Shown here in pieces: positions 32,940-41,853 of a DNA stretch of 64,000 nt (its first letter is position 1; each line of letters starts with the position of its first letter). The notes under the pieces are model-generated. The model saw nothing but the letters and a program-made list of their open reading frames with translations, did not search any database and was not told the origin of the DNA. Source of the DNA: an uncultured Lentisphaerales bacterium (lineage in GTDB: Bacteria; Verrucomicrobiota; Lentisphaeria; JABSQK01; JAJFLO01); the NCBI GenBank assembly GCA_964615975.1, contig CAZTTH010000001.1, positions 6,559-70,558 of the forward strand. The letters are read 5' to 3'. Made by a program: the position numbers and the translations under genes.

Positions 32940-32979
32940 GAGAGGGTAGATAAGTAAGAAATTAGCAACTGAATAAAAT

Positions 32980-33031
32980 TGGTTACCCCGCCTGGACTCG
33001 AACCAGGACAAACAGGATCAAAACCTGTTGT
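32980..33031. repeat. 52-bp direct repeat (att site), partial 3' copy of tRNA-Gln
   Basis: TGGTTACCCCGCCTGGACTCGAACCAGGACAAACAGGATCAAAACCTGTTGT is identical to 41779-41830. It corresponds to the 3' 52 nt of the tRNA-Gln gene. Confidence 0.9.
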
Positions 33032-33147
33032 TATAGGTATAAAAATTAAATAGTGTGGTTGTTATGTGGTGATAATTCATGTATAATAGTGTCATATAGT
33101 TTCTATTGGTGTTAGTTAAATCATTAATCAATTAAAGGGATAATCGT

Positions 33148-34467
33148 ATGGCACGTCATAACAAGGGCACACTCTACAAACGCGGTAAAATTTACTGGCT
33201 TGAATATTACGTTAATAATGAGCGAATTCGAGAAAGTCTTAAGACCAGCAATCTCAAAGAGGCACAATCCAAGCGGGATATAATAATCAACGACCTGAAA
33301 GCCCGCAAGAATGAAGACAAACATATCGCTATCCTCCATCGAGTCAAAGATGCAGAACATGCCCGCATAGAAGCCGAACAGAAACTTCAGGATTTCCGCG
33401 AAGAAAACCGAACTAAATTGAAAATAACCGATGTTTGGGAGCATTACCTTGCCAGTAAAGAACGTCCTCAATCCGGTCAAGGAACATTAAAGGATTACGA
33501 TTATTGCTGGCGGAAATTTGTTATGTGGTGGTCGAATAATGATGGCGATCAACGCCCGTATGTAGAGGACATCAAAAAAGAAGACGCCTCGAAATTCGCC
33601 AGATTTCTTGATACAGAACAATTAAGTCCGAACCGTTACAATAAAATTATTATTTCCTGCAAGCTGGTATTAAATGTTATTGCCCCTTTATGCAATGATA
33701 TGGCCAATCCTTTTGCCGGGATTCGGAATAAACGGCTTGACCCTCAAGGTCATCGAAAATTGACCGTTGAAGAACTCCGAATAGTGTGTGGTAAAGCAAC
33801 CGGTGAAATGCGCGTTTTATTTGCGATTGGTTTGTTCACTGCTCTGAGAATGGGAGATTGCTGTACTTTGCAATGGAACGAAATCAGTTTAGAACTTGAT
33901 CGCATCGTTAGAAAACCCAATAAAGTCAAAAGTCGTAAGAAAAAGAATACCCTTATTATTCCCCTGCACCCCGATCTCCGGAAAATCCTTGTTGAGATCC
34001 CCCAGGATACGCGGCAAGATTATGTTTTACCTGAATATGCCAGTCTCTATCTTAGAGATCGTGGCGCGGTCAGCAAAAAAATACAGCAACACTTTACTGA
34101 TTGTGGAATAGATACCAAGGGGGGAAGGACTGGAAAAAATGCACCGCCCGAAGTTGGATTCCATTCGCTCAGGCATACCTTTGTCAGCATGGCTGCTCAA
34201 GCGGGTGTTCCATTACCGATCATTCAGGAATTGTGCGGCCATGAATCTTCTGCCATTCAACAGGTATATCTTCATATGGGAGAAGATGCTACCCGGCAAG
34301 CTATCCTAGCCTTGCCGAATATCGGCAATCCCGTTAACGACAACCAGCTTCTCCCGATGCCATCCAGTCAATCCCGAAATCAAGAAGCCATCGCCTTACT
34401 GAATTCCATGAATGCCAAAAACTGGGATGAAATCAAAGATAAAGTAATTAGAATACTATCTTCTTGA
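33148..34467 (+). CDS. int: tyrosine-type site-specific integrase
   Basis: 439 aa; catalytic residues in …TALRMGDCCTLQW…, HSLRHTFVSMAAQAG and …VYLHM (R…HxxR…Y). Sits adjacent to the attL repeat. Confidence 0.9.
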   Translation: MARHNKGTLYKRGKIYWLEYYVNNERIRESLKTSNLKEAQSKRDIIINDLKARKNEDKHIAILHRVKDAEHARIEAEQKLQDFREENRTKLKITDVWEHYLASKERPQSGQGTLKDYDYCWRKFVMWWSNNDGDQRPYVEDIKKEDASKFARFLDTEQLSPNRYNKIIISCKLVLNVIAPLCNDMANPFAGIRNKRLDPQGHRKLTVEELRIVCGKATGEMRVLFAIGLFTALRMGDCCTLQWNEISLELDRIVRKPNKVKSRKKKNTLIIPLHPDLRKILVEIPQDTRQDYVLPEYASLYLRDRGAVSKKIQQHFTDCGIDTKGGRTGKNAPPEVGFHSLRHTFVSMAAQAGVPLPIIQELCGHESSAIQQVYLHMGEDATRQAILALPNIGNPVNDNQLLPMPSSQSRNQEAIALLNSMNAKNWDEIKDKVIRILSS

Positions 34468-34479
34468 CTCAATTTAGAC

Positions 34480-35970
34480 TTAATCATTATTGGAGTTAAA
34501 CCATCGAATTTCTTTGTCAATAGCAGCTATAATTGAATTTGGAAATATGTAAATAAGGGGAAAATATACACCATGTGAACGGTAATGTAACGCGGTTACA
34601 ATAAAACCGATTTTACTCATAGCCATATTATCATATTTGAGCTGATTAAATATTTGGCAAACTGCTGCTTTTGAACATCCTAAAATTTTCCCTATATCAG
34701 TTAAAAAAGGCTTCAGATCAACCATTCCCTTCTTTGCATCATGTCTTTTTATTCGCCTTAGTGATTCCAATTCATTTAATGTCAAACCGATATCACTCGA
34801 AACAGTTTTTGCGATTGTGTAAGATTCTAAATCTTGGTCTATTGGGTACCAGCACATCCCACATTCCGGGCACTTAACTTCAATGTTAAAATTCGAATTA
34901 TCATCATTTGACAACTCGTCATCTTTCCATTTTTCGTCAGTATCAACTACATAAGATGTTCGATTTTTATCAATCCATTTCCCCTTTATTTGGCATGTCT
35001 GACAAACTAGTTTGCTTGGAGCTAAGATTTGATTAAGAAACCCTTTAACCAAAACATAAGTTTCATGGTTATTGAGAGTTGGATTTTTTCTCTTTTGATA
35101 TTCAAAAAGCTTTCCATAAATTAAATCAAAATAAATCTTTTCATCTTGAGGATTTCTTTTTTGACTAAAAATCGAATCTAAGTGAATCAGCAAACCTTGG
35201 ATGTATCGAATTTGCCCATTTGTGAATGAAGTCATCAAATTCATAAATTCATTACTGGGCTTTGGTAAACACGGATAAAGTTTTTTTGATAACTCACATA
35301 CCCTGGCATCCTTGAAAGTTGTTTTACAAGAATATTTAGGTAGCCTTATATTTTTTGTTAACTCCCGTGGCATAAAAAGTAATCGCCACAAGATAATTAT
35401 CTCTCGTGTTTTTGACGATTTCACAATGATATTATTTGCTTTGGGCTTCCAGTTCCATTTTATAACTGCATCTAATGAATAAAATTTTTTCTTATCTCTC
35501 CTCTCTATTGAATTCCCTAATTTCCCCTTATTAGCTGCTCTTTTAATTGTTGGAATTGATTTGCCAGTTAGTAAGTTTATATCATCATATCCCAGTCCCT
35601 TATCGTACCCCCATGAAGTTTGAACCCTCGGATTAATTAAGGTTTTTTTATATATCTCCCTCAATCGTTGTAATTCACATTCAAGAATCTTGTTTTGGTC
35701 AGTTAAAGTTAAATCAATTCCATGTAACCTGATCTTTATGTTTGCAGATGGAGGAAAAACTTCCCATTCTTTTGGAAAGTAAACTTTGAATGGAATTTTG
35801 AATTCAAATTCATAGTGGTCAATGATTGAAGCCAGAATATTTGTCAATAACTCATATATAAAGTATATAGCGTTACTTTCTTCTAATTCAGTAATTCTTC
35901 CCTTCTGCAAGTCGTTATCCAAAACGCTCGATCTTAACGGTGTGTTCATAATCTTCTTCATAGGTCGCAT
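34480..35970 (-). CDS. hypothetical 496-aa island protein (Zn-ribbon CxxC…CxxC, C-terminal HTH-like segment)
   Basis: Long AT-rich ORF convergent with int and divergent from the XRE gene. Contains CQTCQ…CPECGMC and a C-terminal DIGKILGCSKAAVCQIFNQL helix-turn-helix-like stretch. No family recognised. Confidence 0.55.
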   Translation of the reverse strand: MRPMKKIMNTPLRSSVLDNDLQKGRITELEESNAIYFIYELLTNILASIIDHYEFEFKIPFKVYFPKEWEVFPPSANIKIRLHGIDLTLTDQNKILECELQRLREIYKKTLINPRVQTSWGYDKGLGYDDINLLTGKSIPTIKRAANKGKLGNSIERRDKKKFYSLDAVIKWNWKPKANNIIVKSSKTREIIILWRLLFMPRELTKNIRLPKYSCKTTFKDARVCELSKKLYPCLPKPSNEFMNLMTSFTNGQIRYIQGLLIHLDSIFSQKRNPQDEKIYFDLIYGKLFEYQKRKNPTLNNHETYVLVKGFLNQILAPSKLVCQTCQIKGKWIDKNRTSYVVDTDEKWKDDELSNDDNSNFNIEVKCPECGMCWYPIDQDLESYTIAKTVSSDIGLTLNELESLRRIKRHDAKKGMVDLKPFLTDIGKILGCSKAAVCQIFNQLKYDNMAMSKIGFIVTALHYRSHGVYFPLIYIFPNSIIAAIDKEIRWFNSNND

Positions 35971-36055
35971 CAAAAGATCCTAATAGCTTAACCTTTGTAA
36001 GGAGTTAACGCCAACATACGTGGCAATAACAACCAAAAATATAAAGGCAAGTATT

Positions 36056-36283
36056 ATGAATGAACAAACCCCATTAAGGAAACATCGGCTATCAAAAAAA
36101 TGGACGATGTCAAAGCTGGCAAAAGAAGCCAGAGTCTCACTATCAACACTATCAAGATATGAAAACGACTGGGACACACCAACATATCAAACAGCTCAAC
36201 GCCTGGCTATCGCCTTGGAAGTGGAAGTCAGTCAAATCTATCCCAATAAGACTCTTAAAGAATCGGGGAGGGCTCTGATATGA
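36056..36283 (+). CDS. XRE-family helix-turn-helix transcriptional regulator
   Basis: MNEQTPLRKHRLSKKWTMSKLAKEARVSLSTLSRYENDWDTPTYQTAQRLAIALEV is a canonical HTH_XRE. The ATG at 36056 is preferred over the track start. Confidence 0.8.
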   Translation: MNEQTPLRKHRLSKKWTMSKLAKEARVSLSTLSRYENDWDTPTYQTAQRLAIALEVEVSQIYPNKTLKESGRALI

Positions 36284-36630
36284 AATTCAAGAACAAACCT
36301 CCTGAAAGTACACTCCTGGCAATTGTCCATCTGATTCAACCATTTGTCAGAGAAGAAATAACCCCCCAACTTCTGATCGAGACCTTGAAGCAATTCATTC
36401 CCAATCATGAAGCAAACAACCAAACTTCATCAATCCCCATTGCAAAATCGATTTCGATAATCGAAGCGGCCAACCGTCTCAATGTGAGTAAATCAACGAT
36501 CTGGAGATTGATCCGGGTGGGGATACTGAAACGATCAAAACTGGGCTCAAGAACCGCTCGCATTTCAGAACGTGATCTTGCAGCATTGATAGAGAAGGGA
36601 GGTTACGACTATGAGAAAAAACAATCGTAA
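36280..36630 (+). CDS. AlpA/excisionase-family HTH protein (HTH_17-like)
   Basis: C-terminal SIIEAANRLNVSKSTIWRLIRVGILKRSKLGSRTARISERDLAALIEKG matches MerR-type excisionase/AlpA HTH. Overlaps the XRE stop. Confidence 0.65.
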   Translation: MKFKNKPPESTLLAIVHLIQPFVREEITPQLLIETLKQFIPNHEANNQTSSIPIAKSISIIEAANRLNVSKSTIWRLIRVGILKRSKLGSRTARISERDLAALIEKGGYDYEKKQS

Positions 36631-36841
36631 TCACTCTCAACAAGCATACTTTGTCGGCCATTATACTGGAAAACAGATTCCCAAATGTACTTGTTGTGGG
36701 ATCCTCATTACGAACTGGAACCTTGGCGGGAGCAATCGAGAAAATGGAAGTACCATTACTGGTAATGTTCCTTGCAATCGTTGTGTCGATCCTGAATGCC
36801 CACCGGATTGTTTAGTTGTAAAAGAGGGAGTCAGCTTATGA
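36611..36841 (+). CDS. small Cys-rich (zinc-ribbon-like) protein
   Basis: 76 aa with CTCCG…CNRC…CPPDC. The ATG start overlaps the upstream gene, and its stop overlaps the primase ATG (ATGA), suggesting a coupled operon. A small ORF, so uncertain. Confidence 0.4.
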   Translation: MRKNNRNHSQQAYFVGHYTGKQIPKCTCCGILITNWNLGGSNRENGSTITGNVPCNRCVDPECPPDCLVVKEGVSL

Positions 36842-39390
36842 ACACCCCCCTTATCCAATTCATGATCGACGACTTGGCAAAATCCGGAATCTCATACAAA
36901 TGGGCTGTAAAACACGGATTAAGACCAGTGAATGCCAATGAATTGGCTTCCATGCTTGGATTTTCCCCCAAGAATATCAACGGTAACCAGTGTGAAGGTT
37001 ATGTAATCCCGTTCTTTGATCCCATCACGAAAAAACCCATGTTTTGCCCAGATGGTCACCGTGATTATGTTCGCGTCAAGCTCCGTGTTCCGGCCATCGA
37101 CAAAGATGGCGACCCGGCAAAATACCTTTCACCAAAAGATGCTGGCCAACATGCTTTGATTCTGCCTGAAGTCCATGCTTATTTACAAGATTCACAAAAG
37201 CCGGTAATAATAACTGAAGGTGAGAAGAAAGCCTTGGCTGCAACCCTGGCTGAATTGCCTACTATCGCATTGACCGGCAATCATGGCTGGAATATCGGCA
37301 AGACCAATGAACTATTGCCGGAATTATCCCGCTATATCGATCATAAACTGTGGATTGCCGTTTATGATTCCGATGCCAAAATCAATCCTGATTTTCACCG
37401 TTCCTTGGCACGAATGGCATTCGCGCTGTCAAAATTTGATTGCCAGCTCTATGCCGTCTATCTCCCGTCCATGGGCAACGGCAAAGTGGGGATCGATGAT
37501 TACTTGGTCGAACATGGCAAGACCATTGACGACTTAACGCGATACATAAATGAAACCAAAACCCTGGTCTCCACTGAAGATATTCCAATATCAACAAAAC
37601 CGTCGAATCACAAATCCAAGCGTTCACCCAATCAAGCGGAATTATTGGTACGTTTGACTAAAGAAATCACCTTATTTCACGGCCTTGAAGATTGCACCAA
37701 AACATATGCCAGCATTTCAATCGACAATCATTTTGAAACTTGGCCATTAAACAATCAATGTTTTTATAATTGGTTATCAAAACAGTATTATAAGACATAT
37801 AAAAAAATCCCCGGATCACAAGCAATTAACGATGCAGTAAAAACCGTTCAGGGCATTGCTCAATTCGACAAAGAAGCAATTCATGTGGGAATAAGATTCA
37901 CTTTCTATCAAGAAAGTATTTGGCTTGATCTGTGCGATCCAGAATGGCGAATCGTTAAAATTTCATCCAATGACTGGAAAATCGTTTCCGCCAAAGATGC
38001 CCCGGTAAAATTTATTCGTCGTCGTGGAATGCTACCATTGCCACAGCCTCAATCGGGGGGAAACTTCGATGATCTCAGACAACTATTGCATATCGAAGAC
38101 GATCAAAATTGGTATTTGATACTTGGTTGGCTGACCGGAGCATTACATCCCACCGGTGGATATCCCATGTTGGTAGTTAATGGCGAACAGGGGAGCGGTA
38201 AAAGCACACTGTGCAAATTTTTGCGATACTTAATTGATGCCAATACTGCCGCCCTGCGTCGCCCCCCCAAAGAACCAAAAGATTTATTCATTGCCGTTAA
38301 AAACAGCTACTTGATTGCATACGATAATCTTTCCAGTGTTCCTGATTGGTTATCGGATTCTTTGTGTACAATATCGACAGGTGGTGGATTTGCGACGCGG
38401 GAATTATATAGCGATGATGAAGAAATAATAATAAACGCTGTACGCCCGATAATCATTAATGGCATTCCCAACCTGGGGACTCGATCCGATTTGGTGGATC
38501 GTTCAGTTTGTCTACAAATGAAAGAAATTCATAACCAACAACGTAAAAGCGACCTTTACCTTGAAAATGAATTCTCTCGTTTAGCCCCATCTCTAATTGG
38601 AAAACTATGCGAAACCGCATCACATGGACTTCGTAAATATCGGCAAATTGAATTATCTGAAACGCCACGCATGGCGGATTATGCTCAATGGATTGTCGCT
38701 TGTGCCCCCGCCTTGGAATTTCATGAAAATACTTTACTGAATGCCTATCTATCTAATCGTCAGGAAATCAATCTTGATACCCTTGAACATTCGCCGCTTG
38801 CCAAAATAATTGAACGCTATTTGGAATCCGATCATCGATGGCAGGGAACATGCGGAGAACTCCTTAAGGCATTTCAGAAACTTTGTAATGATGATACTTC
38901 AGTATCTTCATCAGATTTACCCAAAACATCAAGAAAACTATCCAATGATCTAAAGCGCATTGCACCCAATTTGCGTATGAACGGGATCGAAGTTCAATTC
39001 GGTAACAAAACGAATAAGGGCAGGACAATCACTTTAGAAAAGGTTGGGAAAACACCGTCACATCCGTCACCATCGTCACAAAATAATCATAAAATATTGA
39101 ATACGAATAACATAGATTCTCATACAACCAGTGATCATTGTGTGACGTTTACCCAGAAGAGTGACGATACCGATTCATTATCAAATAACCCGGTGTCGAT
39201 TGAAGAAAGAAATATGATCATCAGTGATGGTGGAAAAGATTCGAAAGTCACCATCGCAACCAGTTGCAAACAAACTTCTTCTGAATCAACAGATCATTCA
39301 AGTGACGATAGTGACGATTGCCACCCCATATCTTCTAAATCGATATCTGAGAATGAATATGATCCCAATGTTACAACCTGGTTGTATTGA
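36838..39390 (+). CDS. replication primase-helicase (TOPRIM/DUF3854-like domain + P-loop NTPase) with Ser/Asp-rich C-terminal tail
   Basis: TOPRIM-like PVIITEGEKKALA…IAVYDSDAKIN…GIDDYL. Walker A VVNGEQGSGKST and Walker B LIAYDNL, typical of P4/D5-type primase C-terminal helicases. The last ~130 aa are low-complexity S/D/T-rich. Confidence 0.8.
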   Translation: MNTPLIQFMIDDLAKSGISYKWAVKHGLRPVNANELASMLGFSPKNINGNQCEGYVIPFFDPITKKPMFCPDGHRDYVRVKLRVPAIDKDGDPAKYLSPKDAGQHALILPEVHAYLQDSQKPVIITEGEKKALAATLAELPTIALTGNHGWNIGKTNELLPELSRYIDHKLWIAVYDSDAKINPDFHRSLARMAFALSKFDCQLYAVYLPSMGNGKVGIDDYLVEHGKTIDDLTRYINETKTLVSTEDIPISTKPSNHKSKRSPNQAELLVRLTKEITLFHGLEDCTKTYASISIDNHFETWPLNNQCFYNWLSKQYYKTYKKIPGSQAINDAVKTVQGIAQFDKEAIHVGIRFTFYQESIWLDLCDPEWRIVKISSNDWKIVSAKDAPVKFIRRRGMLPLPQPQSGGNFDDLRQLLHIEDDQNWYLILGWLTGALHPTGGYPMLVVNGEQGSGKSTLCKFLRYLIDANTAALRRPPKEPKDLFIAVKNSYLIAYDNLSSVPDWLSDSLCTISTGGGFATRELYSDDEEIIINAVRPIIINGIPNLGTRSDLVDRSVCLQMKEIHNQQRKSDLYLENEFSRLAPSLIGKLCETASHGLRKYRQIELSETPRMADYAQWIVACAPALEFHENTLLNAYLSNRQEINLDTLEHSPLAKIIERYLESDHRWQGTCGELLKAFQKLCNDDTSVSSSDLPKTSRKLSNDLKRIAPNLRMNGIEVQFGNKTNKGRTITLEKVGKTPSHPSPSSQNNHKILNTNNIDSHTTSDHCVTFTQKSDDTDSLSNNPVSIEERNMIISDGGKDSKVTIATSCKQTSSESTDHSSDDSDDCHPISSKSISENEYDPNVTTWLY

Positions 39391-39406
39391 ATGGAGTGAA
39401 CGATTG

Positions 39407-39697
39407 ATGAACCCGTCATTATCTCACCGTGCTTTAATTATTCAGAAAGCGTTGCCATTAGATAAACAACCCGAATTCAGTAAACGCTGGCAATTCTTTC
39501 ATGATGACTTACATAAAGCTGTAAATTTCCTGAATAGAATTGAACGAACCATCACACAATTAACTACTTCAACTTACGAAGCCCCATGCAACCCCGATCC
39601 TTCATGCGTACCCTTGAACCTACCCCGGAAACCCAATGAATCGAGTGTCCAATTGCTGGATCGGTGCTACAAGGCTGACGGTTATATCAAAGCCTAA
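39407..39697 (+). CDS. hypothetical small island protein
   Basis: ATG at 39407 just after the primase stop (MNPSLSHRALIIQKALPLDKQPEF…). The longer track ORF (39224..) overlaps primase in another frame and is trimmed. Confidence 0.35.
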   Translation: MNPSLSHRALIIQKALPLDKQPEFSKRWQFFHDDLHKAVNFLNRIERTITQLTTSTYEAPCNPDPSCVPLNLPRKPNESSVQLLDRCYKADGYIKA

Positions 39698-39727
39698 ACA
39701 TAATTCAAACTACAAGTGGAGAAGACC

Positions 39728-39901
39728 ATGACACGACAAGAAGTTATCACCATTTTAGAGCGGATGATTCGCGACGAAAATACCATTGATTATGATCGGA
39801 TACAGGCGATTGCGGAGTTGGCAAAAATCCAAGGCTTTTATGCCCCCAATCAATTCATAACCAAACTACAGCCATGCCTTGAATTAATGAACCTCAACTG
39901 A
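39728..39901 (+). CDS. hypothetical small protein
   Basis: 57 aa from an ATG preceded by GGAGAAG. No motif. Confidence 0.3.
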   Translation: MTRQEVITILERMIRDENTIDYDRIQAIAELAKIQGFYAPNQFITKLQPCLELMNLN

Positions 39902-40384
39902 CAACTTCATGGGTTCCTTAATGCCTTTGACCGTTGTCATGTGTTCATATACCGATATCGCCCGGGCAGCCGCAATCCTTCGAGAGACCTCCCGCGTACT
40001 GATTGTTCCGGGTGGGGTGTTCAAATTCAGGTTTGCATTGTAGTTTTCAGAACGTATGGGCGGGAACTCCCCGGCCAATTTACAATCGATTTCAATTGCC
40101 CTCAACCGATCCGCCACATTCAGGCTGTCATTAAACATCAGTTGACTTAATAATTCCCGCTTTTCCTGCAATGTCGCAACTTTGCTTTTGGCAACTTCCT
40201 TCTGTAGCTCTTTTATTCTGTCCTGAATACCAACATTTTTCAACAAAAGCCGGGAAGCTGCCGATGCCGCAATCTTGGGATTTTTCACATTCCACCCGCT
40301 TTTCCGATACGCTTCAGCCTTGGAATACCCCTCCGCGATCAATTGCGCGAACTTCTCATATCGTGGATGATTGATCACAGACAT
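39884..40384 (-). CDS. terS: phage terminase small subunit (Terminase_2/P27 family) homologue
   Basis: 166 aa; PRYEKFAQLIAEGYSKAEAYRKSGWNVKNPKIAASAASRLLLKNVGIQDRIKEL matches the Terminase_2 N-terminal HTH consensus. Confidence 0.7.
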   Translation of the reverse strand: MSVINHPRYEKFAQLIAEGYSKAEAYRKSGWNVKNPKIAASAASRLLLKNVGIQDRIKELQKEVAKSKVATLQEKRELLSQLMFNDSLNVADRLRAIEIDCKLAGEFPPIRSENYNANLNLNTPPGTISTREVSRRIAAARAISVYEHMTTVKGIKEPMKLSVEVH

Positions 40385-40457
40385 AATTCCAATTTCTTAC
40401 ATTCATAAGTTTTATACAAAGCATAAGCGACTTAATATAAACGCCACTAACTTATCT

Positions 40458-41240
40458 CTAATTTTCCTTCTTCCATTTCCATGGAGGTATCGGGCTGGTG
40501 TCTGCCCATAACCCGATCTTTTTTTCACGCGCATCTTGTTCAGTGGAATTAAAAACCCCTGAACACGGTTTATCATAATTATAACACCATGCTAACCCTT
40601 CTTTTAGCATTTGATAATTAACGGTCGTTTCTAAAAGTTTGTTTTCATCATCAATCAATTCAGTTCCATCATCAATCAATTTTTTTTTATCCAGTAATAA
40701 CACAATCCCAATATAGAAATCATGTCTTTCTTTTTTTTCACATATTACCATAAGTGGAACACTTCCTTGTGTTAGCTCGGAAGACACTAATTTAGTCAAA
40801 TAAAATTTTGCTTTATATCCATAAGGTTGATCTAATTCTGGTGCATCAATTCCCTTAAGTCTAATTACGTACAATCCATGATCGTCATCCGATCTGATTT
40901 TTAATGTATCTCCGTCAATTATGGATTCTGCCATTCCAGAAAACGACATTGTTTCCAATTCGTTTGATTTCACAATCGTTTCTTGTCCAGGAAGTTCTGG
41001 TTTTGCTTTTTTATCATCCATCAAACCATCAACCTGTTTAAATTTATTATCAGACCAAGACCACTCATAGGTTTTGAATGCACCAAATTTTGTGTCAAGG
41101 ATTACTATTACCGATTGATTTGCTCTTGCTGTGTGTACTTGATACCGTCCAATGTCCACATTTTGTTTATGACAATACCAGTATAGCCACATCGAAAAAG
41201 CAAAGAAGAGATAAAGTATAGCTATTTTTATATTGCTCAC
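40458..41240 (-). CDS. membrane-anchored thermonuclease (SNase-like) domain protein
   Basis: 260 aa with an N-terminal TM segment and a C-terminal SNase core (DGDTLKI…IRLKGIDAPELDQPYGYKAKFYL…LKEGLAW…AREKKIGLW). GTG start. AT-rich gene. Confidence 0.8.
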   Translation of the reverse strand: MSNIKIAILYLFFAFSMWLYWYCHKQNVDIGRYQVHTARANQSVIVILDTKFGAFKTYEWSWSDNKFKQVDGLMDDKKAKPELPGQETIVKSNELETMSFSGMAESIIDGDTLKIRSDDDHGLYVIRLKGIDAPELDQPYGYKAKFYLTKLVSSELTQGSVPLMVICEKKERHDFYIGIVLLLDKKKLIDDGTELIDDENKLLETTVNYQMLKEGLAWCYNYDKPCSGVFNSTEQDAREKKIGLWADTSPIPPWKWKKEN

Positions 41241-41778
41241 TTTATCGATATATAATTGTGTTTATGAGTCATTGGGTTGGTTATATCATTAAACAATAAG
41301 TGCGATAGCAATGAATTGTTTGAGGGATACTCATCAATTCTTTATGATTTTTCCTGTGACGATTATAAATTAAATTCGTTATATTCTATGTTCCTTACCA
41401 TTTAATGGTTGTGAATTTCTCATTATCGTTTGTAGTGATAACAAATCACAGACGGTCATTCATCAAGATTTTGATTAAAAATAATCAGAAATTGCCAATC
41501 TGGCAACTCATGATAAAATTTCTAAACAACCACTGTACCACCAAAATAATTGTTATGGATGAGTGGCATATTTTTGTCAGACTCTTTAACACCTTCCGGA
41601 AACATCCCCAAAAATATTTTGAACCTACCCCCACAGGTCGTGATCGATAATGCCCCCGCCCCCCCTCCATATTAAAACGACCAGCCTAAAGCAGACTGTG
41701 GTTGTTATGTGGTTGTTATTCGGGGGCAATGTGGTGGTTTCATAAAGTGTCAGATAGGCTTTATTAGCCTCAAATGAA

Positions 41779-41853
41779 TGGTTACCCCGCCTGGACTCGA
41801 ACCAGGACAAACAGGATCAAAACCTGTTGTGCTACCGATTACACCACGGGGTA
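41779..41853 (-). tRNA. tRNA-Gln (anticodon TTG), intact; 3' 52 nt form the right att repeat
   Basis: Minus-strand sequence TACCCCGTGGTGTAATCGGTAGCACAACAGGTTTTGATCCTGTTTGTCCTGGTTCGAGTCCAGGCGGGGTAACCA. Acceptor TACCCCG/CGGGGTA. Anticodon stem ACAGG/CCTGT with loop TTTTGAT. Confidence 0.85.

Larger units (their letters stand above)
32980..41853. mobile_element. integrative element (PICI/satellite-like island) inserted at tRNA-Gln
   Basis: Perfect 52-bp direct repeats at both ends, one inside an intact tRNA-Gln. Contents are a tyrosine integrase, XRE and AlpA-like HTH regulators, a primase-helicase, a small terminase and a nuclease cargo. Genes 34480-35973 and 40458-41240 are visibly more AT-rich than the surrounding sequence. 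Confidence 0.85.

Noticed and set aside
39224-39406. N-terminal 61 codons of track ORF 39224..39697
   Set aside because: This part overlaps the primase-helicase 3' end in another frame. Only the portion from the ATG at 39407 is retained, as a low-confidence small CDS.
41625-41810. 61-aa ORF beginning MSWFESRRGN, and the identical N-terminus of the track ORF 31725..33011
   Set aside because: MSWFESRRGN is simply translation of the minus-strand tRNA-Gln / att repeat (…CCTGGTTCGAGTCCAGG…). The thiI start was moved downstream and the 41625 ORF discarded.
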